A stretch of DNA of 63,402 bases, the filler included, from Rhabdomonas costata (taxonomy: Eukaryota), in assembly GCA_019059605.1 (NCBI GenBank). It is 42 parts of 42 records of this genome, joined end to end, with 100 filler letters (N's around TTAATTAATTAA, not from the genome) between each part and the next. Parts side by side here need not be neighbours in the genome. Positions count along the whole stretch, not along the records: positions 36,295 to 37,706 come from JAHMHO010016680.1; positions 37,807 to 39,218 come from JAHMHO010016681.1; positions 39,319 to 40,730 come from JAHMHO010016682.1; positions 40,831 to 42,242 come from JAHMHO010016683.1; positions 42,343 to 43,754 come from JAHMHO010016684.1; positions 43,855 to 45,266 come from JAHMHO010016685.1; positions 45,367 to 46,778 come from JAHMHO010016686.1; positions 46,879 to 48,290 come from JAHMHO010016687.1; 34 more parts are not named here. One strand, written 5' to 3'. How positions within the stretch are numbered: position 1 is the stretch's first letter; each line of letters begins with the position of its first letter. Of the stretch, positions 37,501-51,309 are shown in pieces. Position numbers and translations under genes: made by a program. Below the pieces are notes generated by a model. The model did no database searches. It saw nothing but the letters and a program-made list of their open reading frames with translations, and was not told the origin of the DNA.

Positions 37501-40500
37501 GAGAGAGAAAGAATTGGGAAGAGAGTAGCAGAGGGAAGAGCAGAGGACACAGAGGAACGGGTGCACGAAACAGCAACCACAAAACCCTGGAAGTGGGAGA
37601 AACGGGGTTGTTTTCTGTACAAATGAAAAAAGTGAGGTGCGAACAAGTGGCGAAATATCAGTTTGCTTCGCAAACTTTTGTATCGCCAGGAAGGAGACAC
37701 ACCAACNNNNNNNNNNNNNNNNNNNNNNNNNNNNNNNNNNNNNNNNNNNNTTAATTAATTAANNNNNNNNNNNNNNNNNNNNNNNNNNNNNNNNNNNNNN
37801 NNNNNNGTGGTGGGTGGACACATGAGCATAAACGTAGAAACCATGAGAACTGACGCGATTAGGGGATGGGAGCGGGAGTGCATGCACTGCACGCCAGGGC
37901 TGCGGGCAAAGGCCAGCGTCAAGTGCAGCAAGTCAGCGAGGTAGGATACTCGCAAATGCTTGACATGCAAGGAGGTCGCTCGCTCTCAAAAGGTGGAAAG
38001 AACAGACTGAGTTGCGTTCATCCATTGATCTGCGGGAGATGGTTCCGTGAATGATTCACAGGGAAGAGGAAGAGCCGAGGCAAACTGAGGCAACCTGTCG
38101 GGAAAGGTTCCCTTTGGCGGCTGGAACACAGACCTTTCCGTCCCAGAAAACGAAGTGCAGCGCGCAGTGTGGAGAAATGGATGGGAGTGACATGCCCTGT
38201 GTTTCGCAATGTTGCCCCATGTTGAGCGGTTTTCATTATATTTCAGAAATAGAGCCGAGTGGAGTCGGCTACTTCGCGGGGTAAAGGTGCAACTCAGATT
38301 TACCGCAGACACACGGGCACCGACATTTCCCGGCTTAATTCAATTTGAAACCCCACTGCAGGGTGCCCAAATAAATTGTCACAGATGGGTTGTTGAGATA
38401 TCCCTATCAACCCCCACCCCCACCCCGGTGCCCTTGCTCCACTCACTTCGTTACTCTCCACACAAAAAAGAGGCTCAACTGCCGCCTCTCCATCCCATGG
38501 TGTTTGCTCCGAGCCTTGTGTGCTTCGGCCGTGAGCTGAGCGATTAACCTTGAGTGTCCCCATTACGGGGTGGGGGTGTGCTCCCGCTCCATTCTTGAAT
38601 GGTGTTCCTGTGTTTTCTATTGAGCTGTGCTCGCGCTCAGGAGCCTGTGCTCCTATTCCCCTTGCTCCACATTGTATCCACTGACTCTGTCCCTCAGTTT
38701 GGACCGTGGTCGAGCAAAACTTGAGCAGCCCCTCCCTCTCCCCGATTTTTTCCATGAGGGTCCGACGGCGTCACATGTTGTGCCCCGTCTACAGAGTAAA
38801 GCCAGTGCGTTCATGGGAGCCATGCTTAAGTTCAATGACCCATCTGGAAGTTGGAGAAGCGTTTCAGCGCGATTCGGGACAAGAGCACCCCCCCCATTGC
38901 ATCGTGGTGGTCCTCCGTTGTGTTTTTCTATTTCTGTTTTTTCTTCCTTTTCTCGTGTTTCATCTTTCAGAATTACAATCGCGTTCGGGCTCCTGCGAGC
39001 TCTCGCCCCATCCCGAGAGGGAGTTCTTTTCCTTTTTGCCCGCACCCGTTCTCCACCTGGTTGCCTCTGGCCTGTGCAATTTTTTTTCTTGTCTTGTATT
39101 GTTCCCTGGTGAGTTGGTCGCTTTAATTCCCTTTTGAGTTTTTCAGAGGCGGAAAAGAGACAGAAATGGTTTGCAATGGTTCGATGTCTTTCGAGTACCC
39201 CTCCCCCCACAACCCCACNNNNNNNNNNNNNNNNNNNNNNNNNNNNNNNNNNNNNNNNNNNNTTAATTAATTAANNNNNNNNNNNNNNNNNNNNNNNNNN
39301 NNNNNNNNNNNNNNNNNNCGAGGGAGGAAGAACCCACCAAAGGGGGGCGGGAAAAAAAGAACAACAAAAGGGAAATGAAAAACCGAAGGGAAATGCGAAA
39401 GGCGTTCAGGAAAAAGTTTCTGCAGTATGGGGCAGGGGAGGGGGCAACTCTTCGGGTCTATGGGTCCGGTCTATGGTGGGGTGTCGTTAAGCGGCAAGCG
39501 GTTCCCGATACGAAGGCCGCAGGAAGCCCAGAAATACGCCGTATCACTGAATCACTGCTTTCCAATGATCAGGGAAGGTCTCGGGTTTTGGAGGTTCTTT
39601 CTCACCCTTCACTGAATTCTTGGCCTGAATGGTGCGGTTCCGCCTGCAGCGGCACCTTCTTGATTTGTCGCAACCGAGCTGGTGTGCTTCCGACGCTGGA
39701 CATGTATTGTGAATCGTACAACTGGGAATAGAACGTCTGAATCACTGCACATCGACATCCAAAGCGTTGAAAAAGTGCGCTGCAATGCCGTTTCTCCCCT
39801 CACCTCCACTCCAACAGTCACCTAACGTCTGTTTAAGAAGCATGCGCTGTCTCACAAAGAAGTTCAGCTCCAGTTTCCATTTCATCTCCATAGCTTCTGC
39901 TGCCCATGTACAGAACTTGAGGAAGGAAGTAGCCCGCCTCCGCCCACATCGCTCACCCATAGCTGAACCACTGTACGGGATGCGACCACTCGCTGGCACG
40001 TTTCCACATGTAACTATCGCCATATCCCCAACCCATAGCCCTTCCATCACCTCCAACACAAACTTCGCTTGATTTTTCTGCACTTATTGTTTCCATATAA
40101 CCTCACCGAACAAAGGAGATATCTCAAATGGAACAAAAAAGCGACCTAAGTTTTAACAGTGGTGAGTGGAAAAAGGGCCTTTCTGCTTTGCGATGTATTG
40201 AAAGAAAACCAGGGAGCCCTGGTACGCTGTTAACCGACCACAGTGTAATACGACGGAAAGGAGAAAAATCGTTTTTCATATACCACCCCATTATTGAAAC
40301 GCCGTTATACCGTTTAACGCTCCCGCCCAGAAAAGAACAGACCAGATCTCCCACAGAGTGGACAGCTGGATTGGAAAACGCTTGGTAGGGTATCATCTTT
40401 TTGGGGTAGAGGGGGATCAAACTGTGACTCTACCCCTTATCATCCTTATTATGTGTGGATGTAAGTCTGTGCTGTGATGTAAGTCTGTGTGGTGTCAAGT

Positions 40501-40522
40501 GGGCATCCAGACGAGCAGCCAC

Positions 40523-40730
40523 CTCGCGACATCCCAACGGGCTTCATAATCCACAGGTTGGGCACAGCCCCCCCGCTCGCCGCCGCCGCGGCCTCGCCTC
40601 GTGAGAACTCCTCCACAAAGGCGGTGTACTCCGAGGGCAGGTTGAAGCTGTCCGGGAGAAGCTGGAAGGCCGCCCCGCCGCGGCCCGGCAGCCGGCGGTA
40701 GCGGGTGAGGTGCTTCTTCAGGAGGTCTTT
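40523..40730 (-). CDS. Tubulin tyrosine ligase-like (TTLL) polyglutamylase-family exon
   Basis: KDLLKKHLTRYRR...LPDSFNLPSEYTAFVEEF...LWIMKPVGMSRG matches the TTLL P-x-T/S-F-x-LP and WIxKP..SRG motifs; G|GTGGCT donor. Not in the ORF track. Confidence 0.88.
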
Positions 40731-42478
40731 NNNNNNNNNNNNNNNNNNNNNNNNNNNNNNNNNNNNNNNNNNNNTTAATTAATTAANNNNNNNNNNNNNN
40801 NNNNNNNNNNNNNNNNNNNNNNNNNNNNNNTGTCGTTCCGTGACACCTCCACGATATCAGTCATTGTATGGATGCACAGGATTATTTTTTTCGGGCGGTA
40901 TTATCTGCAGCGAGCCTTGTTCTGGATTAAATGAGTAAAATTGGAAAGTTGCTGGTCGCCTCTCTTTTGACTTGCTAGTCACCACCTCAATGATGGGCTT
41001 ACGACTCGCTATTCTTTCCAACTTGGCCAGCTATTTCAGCCCCTCGGCGCTTGTCTGAAGAGTTTCCTAGCTTCTAGCTTCGTATGCTGTGTTTGGCTGT
41101 GTGTGTGTGTGTGTGTCTGCGTGCGCGCGCGGGTCAGTGCAAACATCTGTTGGCCATTCGCATTGCTGCTGCAACGGGGAAGCACAAGGAGCGCACCGTA
41201 GATGACCTTGAACTTGTGGCGATGCTTGTGTAGTCGAACCAAACTGCTCTGGCGTTCTGCTGATCAGCTGGCGACGGCTGTAAGCCGCGCAATGCACCAC
41301 CCAGAGAGATGAATGGTTATTAGTATTCGGCAAGTGGGACAGAGAGAAGTGACGACAACTCTCCGCAGTCCCTTCTCTAACCTGCCGTGACATACTGGGC
41401 AGCTGGTTGGTCGTCTTCGAGTTGCTGTGAAGGAAGCTCACACGAATTTACGTTCTGATTTCATGCCGTCATGGCACTGGCAAGTTGGATTTCGCACTTT
41501 CGTTCAGATGTCCTGTGACTGTATCCTTGCCTCGGTTGCAGATAGATTGGCACTGCGCTGAGGATTCTAGCTAAAAAACACACGTATCATCCAGCTTTGT
41601 CTTTATTGAGCATCAATTCCCAAGTTGTGAAACGCACCAGGTTGGGTTGGATTTCGCATGCCTGCGTCTGCGGAGGGAGGCATGAAGGGGGATCGAGCCC
41701 ACAACCTGTACTTGTTCCGGTATTTGGATTCGCCGTCCCGAAATCAGATTATTCTGTCTGCATGATGAAACACCGCAATCCACCATTGGGGCTCGAATAA
41801 CGTTGCAAGTTAAGGAGGCGAGAAAAATGTGTGGGGACGGAGGTGTGTGTGTATGTGGGCACCCTGCTAGCTTGTCGGTTGTGGGGCTGGTGAGAGTATA
41901 AAGAGAGCCAGATGCAATGTACCTAATTGAATTTGGATTGATTTAATCAGTGAAGTGCAGGGTTGAATGTCAGTCAAGCGACTGCTTCAGTGGTCGACGC
42001 GTGGGCGGGGCACAGTTGCAGTGAATGAGACAGACAAAGCCCTACTGTATACCTTTATCTTTATCTACATCTTGCGGAATTGTCGATTCCCGTCCCCAGT
42101 TGCATTACCTTGTCTTTTTCCCCTTTCGATCCCCCCAATGCGCAGAAAGCCCGGAGTGGCGGGCATACAGCACCGGCAGACTACGGACCAGGTCAATGTG
42201 ATTTCTGTGCGCGTTTCAAAACACCCCAACCACACCCAACACNNNNNNNNNNNNNNNNNNNNNNNNNNNNNNNNNNNNNNNNNNNNTTAATTAATTAANN
42301 NNNNNNNNNNNNNNNNNNNNNNNNNNNNNNNNNNNNNNNNNNGGTTTTGGTTGTGCGCGGCGGATCTATGCATCCTCCCCACATAAGCTAAATAAAAGTA
42401 ACAGTTCAAGTAGATTCCTTAGTTGGCCTTAGTTGCGCGATCCTCGGTTGCGGTTTTCCTTTTCCCGACATCGCACAG

Positions 42479-42646
42479 GTGCTGAACTGGCTGCTCGAGC
42501 ACCGCACCGATGAAGACCTGCAGGGGCGAATCGCGGAGATCTTCGGGCCTGTCGTGGCGCAGCGGCTATCCACCGCAGGTAGCGAGGTCAGCACTCCGGT
42601 GGCCGCGCTGCTGCCTGCGCTGCACATCTCCCAGCCGCACCGCATG
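42479..42646 (+). CDS. Probable exon, unknown protein
   Basis: GCACAG acceptor; GC3-rich frame VLNWLLEHRTDEDLQGRIAEIFGP...; ATG|GTGTGC donor. Confidence 0.45.
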
Positions 42647-43854
42647 GTGTGCAGTTGTACAACTCGGCACAGTTTTAGGGGCAGTGCACGGGTGTAGCAG
42701 GTCTGAGAGCAATGGGTGACCAGCCTTGCGTGGCAACGAGTAGAACGACCCGGCTAGGTGCATACAGAGGACATAGGGGGGTCGGGACGCAAGGGGCCCC
42801 ATGCCACTTTTAAGTTTGCTGCCAGGAAGTAGGTGTCAACTCTCAAGAGAAAGATTTCGAAAAGCACAACGTCAACAGGTAGCGACAACCGAAAAACAAT
42901 GATGCACACCCGATAAACTCAGTAACCACAACCACCATCACCACCAGTGGACAACCTCGGAGAGAGGATTGCTCTGCCCTTGCCAATACACGATGTGTGA
43001 GGTGTTTGTATGACTGTGCTTTGTAGCTTCATGTGATCTGAAGGTAGCTGGGGGTCAACGGTCAGCTTCTTTCCCGCAACTTCGCCCCTATCTAATGCTT
43101 TCGTACTCGTCCGCCCATATCCCACCCAAACGTTAGTCCTCAGCCAGCACCTGATTTGACGTGCAAACTTAGAATACTCATCAAAGGGGAAGGAACACTG
43201 GCACAGTTCACCCAGTTCACCTAACCCCCTCGCAGCAAAATAAATTTTCGAAGGTGCTTGCATCAGCTACCTGACCTTTTGCAAGGAAAAATAGGACAAT
43301 TTTTGATACGTTTTCTGTTACCACTGTTAACCCTCACCACTCCCTCTCCCCCAAACCTCAGCTGGGCCACCTTTTTGGAGCAGTGTTTTGCTCGGAAACA
43401 TCACGTCTGCGTCAGCTCTGCCATTGATCGATTACCTATAGCTGCCGATCATTCACATCCGGCGGCCATCCCACGCACACACATGCCGTGTGTGTGCCGG
43501 TCTTAGGTTTCCGACGCTGGCATTCAGACCGCTGCATCCGCGGACTACTCTCCGCCCCCGGTGTTGCAGTTTGACAACCCGGACGCTGCCCTGGCACAGG
43601 GCATGGAGGCGCTGATGCGCCAGGCATGTGTTATTTTGTCTCTGCGAGATCTTTGCAAGTGAACATTTTGATTCATTTTTGGTTTATTTTCGCCTCGCAT
43701 CTTTAGACCGTGTTTTTGGCTTTGCTGCTGTGGACTGGAAATGTGCCAAAAACANNNNNNNNNNNNNNNNNNNNNNNNNNNNNNNNNNNNNNNNNNNNTT
43801 AATTAATTAANNNNNNNNNNNNNNNNNNNNNNNNNNNNNNNNNNNNNNNNNNNN

Positions 43855-44050
43855 GGACGTTGCGTCCTCCGATGGCAAGGTGAAGCGCGCTCTCCCCGGT
43901 GAAGAGGTCGCAGTGCGGGCTGTGGTAGCACTGGCAGAGCAGGCGCCCCTGAGTGCCCGCCATCATGCACTTCGCAACGTCCCAACGGCACAGCAGCAGC
44001 GCATACAGGAACGGGGTGGAGCCCGTGCTGTCACGCTCGCAGAGAAGCTC
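43855..44050 (-). CDS. Ankyrin-repeat exon (possibly a TRPV-like channel N-terminus)
   Basis: RDSTGSTPFLYALL and FTGESALHLAIGGRNV ankyrin motifs; TTCAG acceptor. Confidence 0.75.
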
Positions 44051-46328
44051 CTGAACCCGTTCAGAAACACGAGGCAGAAGGAGAGGGGGGTTGATCACTG
44101 GCACCCAAGGTTCCACCCAAGGGCAACGCAGTGGCTCAGGCGCTTCTGATGAGACTAAAAGCAAAATTGTCGGTAGGTTTTCCATGGGGAACCACACAGA
44201 CGAAAAATCTCAAAAGGCTCAGCACCTGGTTCAGGACCTTCGGTTAGTTTGCTTGTTGGAAAATGTGTTCTGGTTACTCCGACTGCCCCCTCTTCCTGTG
44301 CGTTATGCGGTGCGTACCCGAAACTGAAGTACATCTCTCTGTCTCCCAAACTCACCCCATTCATCTGGGGCGTTCACCGGAGCGAGGCACGCATGTGTTT
44401 GTTGCCGTATCGTTCTCTGCGAATCGCATGGAACGCAAAGAACAGCACGGCGCGCTGGCTGAGGTCTGGTGTTCCGGCCTTCGGATGATCCCCTGTCTTC
44501 TTTACTCGTGAGGAGCGCACATGTGCCAGGAGTCGACTGGCCAGTGTAGTGCATTGAGAGCCAGGGTGCTCACCTCTTGTGAATGTGTGTGTGTGTGGGA
44601 GGAGGGGTAGGGTTGAAGTAAACTATTTCCCTTCGGCAGGAATAGCGCGCACAAAAAATGCTATTTCCTCTACGAAAATACCCATGGCATATATAAAATT
44701 TCGCTAGCACCGTAAAAAGTGACACCTTTAGGCACTTTCAAACGTCTTTGGAAAAGAACCAATGTCAATGTTGCCGATTTATTATGCTATGGCTGGAGGC
44801 GAACGCCATTTTTGGGGGACTCGAGACGGATCCGCCATCTTCGATTCGATACCGAAGGCCCATCCACTCTTTTTCCTTTCAGTATTTGGAAATAATTGAC
44901 AACATATGTGTGATGTAGCTGTCCCGTTGCACGATTTTGAATGTAACCAAGAAGTGCTTGGTCATAAAAAAGCAACTTTATACACGCAGCCTTGGCATGC
45001 CTCCTTGTGCTTCTCAACCCAGAGCATAATCATGGCTTTTGGGGTGCCCAGAGGGGGCAAGCTCCACGCCTCAGAGTGCTCGTGTGAGCGAGGCTGCTCG
45101 GCGACAAAGCGGTTGACCTCTCCCAGTGAACCAACCACCAGAGGTCGGTAGAAGACATCCGGCTTCCACCCGTTCCAAAACCAGCGCGCCAGCGGGCTTT
45201 GCACCGGGCTGGACCGTCGCTCATCCGCAACGTTCAACCGAGAGTCCATCCCGATGACCCACAACANNNNNNNNNNNNNNNNNNNNNNNNNNNNNNNNNN
45301 NNNNNNNNNNTTAATTAATTAANNNNNNNNNNNNNNNNNNNNNNNNNNNNNNNNNNNNNNNNNNNNGTGTTGGGTGTGGGTGGGGGGGGGCTAAGGGCAA
45401 TACTTTTCTTTACTCCCCTAAGCACATCTTCATTTGGGTGGTGTTCACACCTACGTACACCTACACTTTTCCTCTTTGACCTGGGGACAGGTGGGTTTGC
45501 TTGTTCGCGTTTGTGTATGATTTTGCGATGAAAAGACGAATAAGGAAAAACTCCTGACCTGAGAACACGTAACATCGTACACGCTCAGCATTAACACGGT
45601 TAAACGTGCTGTTGCGCTTCGCTCTGCCCTCGGATCCCCTGTGACGGTATTCGCTGGAATCTTCCAGAACTGCATCCTCCTGTTCTTCTGCAAAATCTTC
45701 ACTTGAATTGGGGATTGTCCACCACCGTCAACGTGATACAGAGGCGAACCAACCTACCTGCACCCCCCCCTCCCCGCACACAAGAGCAGTATGTAACGGC
45801 CGCTCAGCCACCGTTGACGTTTTAAACCGATATTAACATCGGAAAAGCTGAGAGACGGTTGGAATGATAGGTTTGCAGTGAAGGCAGTGGGGGAGGGGGT
45901 GGGGGGCGGAGTGGAAAGATGCTGTTAGTGAGATTGCCTAACCTCTTCCTCTCGGCAGTCACTGGCGGTAACTCAGAAGGCCCCTAACGTAGGCATAAGG
46001 TCGGGGAAGTGGGACACTGGGTCAGGGTAGGGATCCACACAAAATCGTATTCACCTAATTTGGTTCATAAAAATTCGTAAATTCGTAAAAAGTCGAACTT
46101 CTTCCCTTAATCTCTTAAAGGTTCGTATTTCCCCCAAAGTTTCCCCAAAGTTTAGCAGCACCCCAGGCCTTATGACAAGTGGGGCGTTCCCCCACACATA
46201 GTTTACGGGTTCACAGTTTCAGAAAGCCTAACACAGACGTTTCGTGCTTCTCCAGTCTATTAATAAAAATTCGTTCCAGTTCGTAAACGAGTCAGTGGGG
46301 ATGTGTGTGAGAGTGCGTGTGGAATTAC

Positions 46329-46770
46329 CTGCTGCTGCTCGGTGGCCTCCGTGGCAGTAGCCGTGACGTCGACACGGATCTCCTCGGCCTTGGCCTTGCG
46401 CACGCTGAGGTCGGCCACCATGGCCTCTGTCTTCTTCTGCGCCTGGATAAGCAGGGGCTCCATCGCCTTCAGCTCCTTCTGCATCGTATCCACCTGTTCA
46501 CGCAGAAGGGTTGTTTTTCATTACTGTGAGAGGAAATCTGCGATCTGCATGTCTTGCAGGGCTGTAAAGGGTGTAAGGATGGGACGGGACGAGGGGAGGC
46601 ACTGACCTCGCTGTTGGTCTCCTTCATCTTGGACTTACCGTTCTTGATTCGGTTGATCGCCGCGGTCATCTCGGAGCGCTTCTCGTCTAGCAAGGACATG
46701 TACAGCGAGATGAACTCCAAGTACGACGACGGGGTAACGTAAAAGTGCCGCCGCAGCTCCGCGTAGAACC
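46329..46770 (-). CDS. Axonemal dynein heavy chain (AAA4-stalk junction), two exons (~46770-46607 and 46493-46329)
   Basis: ELRRHFYVTPSSYLEFISLY...RIKNGKSKMKETNSE|VDTMQKELKAMEPLL; 113-bp GT-AG intron at 46494-46606. Confidence 0.95.
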
Positions 46771-49522
46771 CCCCCACCNNNNNNNNNNNNNNNNNNNNNN
46801 NNNNNNNNNNNNNNNNNNNNNNTTAATTAATTAANNNNNNNNNNNNNNNNNNNNNNNNNNNNNNNNNNNNNNNNNNNNCAGCTCAGCCTTGGAAACGGGG
46901 AACGTCACCATCTCTTTTTGTCTTAGCATTAAGTTAGGTTTGGGGTCAACAGTGCGAGAAAGCTGATGCCAGCCGGTGCCACGGGAGGACGCGTGTTGGG
47001 CATCATTGTTTCTGCCGATGCCTTCGAGGCATGTCTTCTTTTGCGGAGATGGGTCTTTGTGCATTCGGGGTAGGGTGGCGCTTGCAACTTTTCCCCGTTG
47101 AGAAAAGTACAAAATCTGGAAATATTTTTCACAGCTATTGTTTGTTATGGTCTTTCGGTTGGCTGGCAAATCTCGAAATTAGAAGCCCTTTTTATCACGA
47201 AAATTATGTATCACCCCGTTTCTTCTGGTCTTTTTTGGGTTCACTCCCGATTGGACATACTGCCGTCAGCCCCCCGGACCCAACATTGCCGGGGTTGGAT
47301 TTCTGGTTTAGAGCTTTGAAAATGCTTTGAATTGAGCAGAAAAATGGGAGTCAAAATGCCCCTCCCCCCAAGCGAAACGAGCCAAGACTGGACCCCAGCA
47401 GTTGAATTGGAAGGGAAGTCTCGAAACTCGTCACAGTGGAAATCTTAGCGGGAAGAAAACTGGACCTGGGGGAGCTACAACGATTGGTAGTTATAGCCCC
47501 CTTTTGTCATATATTGGGCTACTAAGGGTTTGCTGGTATTTGGCCGTTCTGAGGAATGCGGATGGCGCCCGCACTCGGTTGGCAGGTGCCCTTAGAACGA
47601 CGAGAGGAATTTCTCACCTCCCTTTAGCGCCGCTTGTCAGTTATCGTGTGCGATGTGCTTTACTCGTAAAAATGTTTCCTGTCCTCTCCGCTTATGGGCT
47701 CTGCGCTTTGCTTCCTCCGCTGCTGCTCACGGGGCCCGACCCGTGAAGTTCGGCAAAAGCGAGACGGGGGGAGACAGCGAACCTCAACTGGCACGGGGGG
47801 TTCTCCTGTGCGCCTCGGTGCCCTTTTTGTTGCTGTTGTGTTAGACAGACCACTCTGCTTTCTTTCTTTCCTTCTTTAGTTTCTTTTTTCTCGGAAAGTC
47901 AACGGGAGGTGTGCTCCGTTTTTGAGGATTTCATACACGATTCCCCCGGATGCGAGCCGATGCAGGACCGCTTTAATTGGGGTGAGGGAGAGTGTGGAGT
48001 GTCAGAGGCTATGAGGACGTCCATATGGCCCTCGCTCTCTGCGCGTCCAGCTCTCTTTGTCCGGTGGGCGCTCCTCCCTTTTTTCCCTCTTCCTGCACTG
48101 TTCCGTTGCATTGCCTGCCTGCCTGCCTGCCCTGCACTGTTTTGGATTCACATGGGAATGAATCACTCTCATGAGTCACTTTGTGCTTCTGCTGTTCTGT
48201 TTTTGCTGCAAGTCTTCCATTGTGTTCCTTTCCTACCGCGCAGATCACTCGCTCCCGTGGGAACTTAAATCCTTCGTGCCCCCACCCCCCNNNNNNNNNN
48301 NNNNNNNNNNNNNNNNNNNNNNNNNNNNNNNNNNTTAATTAATTAANNNNNNNNNNNNNNNNNNNNNNNNNNNNNNNNNNNNNNNNNNNNGGGGGGTGGC
48401 GAAGCCTCAGAGACCTGAGCCGCAATGAGGCAATGGGGCGTGGGTAGCCGGAAGAAAAATGTAGCTGCGCGACTTAATGCTCGGGACCCTTGGGCCAAAG
48501 GAAGGTTACCCGTTACCTTATGATAGCGGACACCAGCCCCTAGTCAGGCAACAGCCAGCGCGTTATGCGCTTAAAACACAAAAAAAACTGAGCACAGCCT
48601 CTCTTTGGCAATCGTGTCCCTGCATTAAGTGCCCGATTCGGTCTGCCGTGTGTGTGTGTGTGCTGAATTTCATTGCGGGTTGGCACCCTTTTGTGCGGAC
48701 ATTCGATTCTGGCGATGTTGTGCTTTGTGTTTCACAGTCACTCCCTTCGTGTCTACGCATGTGCTTTCCGCCTACCACCAACTGCTCAGTAGCACCGATT
48801 TGATCACGCAAAAAAATGTCTTCCACGTTGAAAACATCTCTCAAACATTTTGATGGAATCGGGGGAACCTGATATGGCTACCTAATCCTGTCCAAGTGCT
48901 GAAATGCTGAATTTTAAAGCCAGTGAACTGGCCTCAATAGAGTCATTCCTTCACAGTTGATTTGCATAAATTTTGTGCCGTATACAATGGTTGCATTCAT
49001 TTCAAGCTTCGAAGAATTCCCCTGTGAAGACGGCATCTGCTATCCAAAGGTCATATTGAAGCCCCCTACACACACGTGCACATCTGAATTCCAGAAGCTC
49101 GCCAGGGAAGTGCCGCAGTCCCTAAGCCTGTTTCAAGCCTGGGTCTTCGCGCTTCCTTTTTTTGTGGTGTTTGCTCTTTCGTCTCACTCAATCGCCAGCG
49201 CGATGCGAAACAAATAGAAAAGGTCGACTTCGTCCGGAGAAACAACATCACAGCTGTGTAGCAAAGCTACAAATGCGGTTCTCTCCGGTTCTCCGGTTCT
49301 CTCCCAGGCCACAAGAATGGTACAAGACAGAGTTCACAGAGGTCCCTTCCCTCATCCGCTTTACAAAGTCCTGCTGCTACTCGGCCACCTGCTCAAGGCG
49401 GGAGCTTACCGCCTAAGATTTCCGCCTTTGACGCTGATAGGGTCGCAAGCAGGCAATCAATTGGGCACCTAGAGTTCTGATTGAATTCCCAAACCCTACC
49501 GTGGCCACATTGGGGACCACAG

Positions 49523-49681
49523 ATTCGCTACAGCGTAATGTTCAACTCGCTGTTCTTCCTGTCCCTGGGCGGGATGTCCCTGATTCCGGTGATGATGGAG
49601 GAGCGCCACGTGCTGTACAAGCAGCTTGGCGCGGGCTTCTTCCCGCCTTCCGCCCATACCTTGGCCAAGACTTTTGTGGAG
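49523..49681 (+). CDS. ABCG/PDR-type transporter transmembrane-domain exon
   Basis: MFNSLFFLSLGGMSLIPVMMEERHVLYKQLGAGFFPPSAHTLAKTFVE matches the ERxVxYKQ...FF..SAY motif; AG/GT boundaries. Confidence 0.85.
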
Positions 49682-50592
49682 GTCATCTTAACCTCACAAT
49701 CACTTCGCTCTTCCCTTTCTTCTCGTTTCTTTCTCATGCGATCTCTCCCGAACCCCGCCTAATGTCAGACTCTTGGACTCGAGTTATCCAACCCCCACCC
49801 CCNNNNNNNNNNNNNNNNNNNNNNNNNNNNNNNNNNNNNNNNNNNNTTAATTAATTAANNNNNNNNNNNNNNNNNNNNNNNNNNNNNNNNNNNNNNNNNN
49901 NNTTTTTTATGGCTGACACCAAAAAACAAGTAAATTTCATCACGTTTGCTGTGATATCCTAAATTTTGATGCTTGTCAAAAATGAAAAATGTCAAAAATG
50001 TCACCGGACACGAACACCAAATTTGATGTTTCAGCATGTCGCAAAGGATATTCCTCACCGAGATCGCAAAAGACGATAGCGCTGACAAAATGTTGATAGC
50101 AACCCCATCTTCTTTGCCGTTGCTATCACCAGGGGAGGGGGGTAATGGACCAGAGGCAAACCAAGGGGAAGGGGTCTGTGCTCCACAGGCTGTGCAGCCA
50201 ACTATATTTCACGACCACCAACTTCAGGTCCCTTTTCTGGTTCGGTGTACGCGGAACAAAATAAAAGCACCTTCCTCACCTTCTAGTCATTTGGTTGATT
50301 CTTATGTGGGCCTGCAAAGGAAAACGCAACAAGCACACTTTACCAAAAAAACAAGAGGGGGGGGGGCGACGATGACAACGATGAACGAAGGGGACGTGTT
50401 GGCGACCATGGCGAACATTATCAAAGTCCATTGGCTGAGGGGTTAAAAAGCAGCAAAAGCGTCAAGTGTAAACAAATTTTTGTGGCATTTGGCTTTCGTG
50501 TGCACAGCAGGGCAGATTCTTCCTTTATTATTTGTTTCGTTTTTCCAAGCAAGGCCGGCGGCAGAAAAAAAGCAGGCCAAGGGCTTTCCCAT

Positions 50593-51309
50593 ATGCTGGG
50601 CGGGTCCGCGGTGGCGGTGGTGGTCGCCGTGTTGGTGACGGTGGTTGGACTGGTTCCTGGGGTGGGGGCGAGAGTGCACCACCGCAGCGTTGTGGCGGGC
50701 TTCCACGCTGCGGCGCTGGGTGAGCACGACGAGCTTCGGGTAGTGCTGCGGGCCAATCCCAGCACGGGGTACGCCTGGGAGGCTCTCTACGACGGTAGGG
50801 TGCTGGAAAAGAAACACTCCACCTGCACCTACCCCTCGCAGCAGCCCCCGCCGCAGCCGAAGAAGCAGCAGGTTGTGTGGCACATGTGGCATTGGAATTG
50901 GGAGATGGAGTGCAGTCTGCAAGTTGGAATAACTGGCATGTCGGGCCATCTTAGGCTTGTTCGGGTGATTCGAAGGTGGCCGGGGGTCCTGAAATGCTTG
51001 GAGTTTGAGTCTCTGAGAATTGATTTTGGTTACACTCGATTTCCCGGTTTGTAGTTGTTCCAGAACGTTGCACGAGGTATCGCCCTTTCCCTCACAGGTG
51101 GAGCAGCAGGAGGTGGGTCAGCCCTGCGCCCTCGAGATGTGGTTCGTGGGCCGCGCCGTGCACCGCAGCACCAACGTCACCCTCAAGCTGCGGCGGCCGT
51201 TCGAGGCCAAGCCGCCGCTGCAGACCATCACCACCACCGTGCACCGCAGCACCAACGTCACCCTCAAGCTGCGGCGGCCGTTCGAGGCCAAGCCGCCGCT
51301 GCAGACCAC
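50593..51309 (+). CDS. Chagasin/ICP family (MEROPS I42) cysteine peptidase inhibitor with signal peptide, exons 50593-50871 and 51098-contig end
   Basis: Hydrophobic N-terminus; loop motifs NPSTGYAW, VGQP and RRPFE correspond to chagasin NPTTGYxW, VGxG and RPW/F; phase-0 GT-AG intron. Confidence 0.82.

Noticed and set aside
51158-51309. Exact 81-bp-period tandem duplication in the chagasin exon
   Set aside because: It is identical, lies at the contig end and is anchored on CCGTGCAC microhomology, so a template-switch or assembly artefact is most likely.
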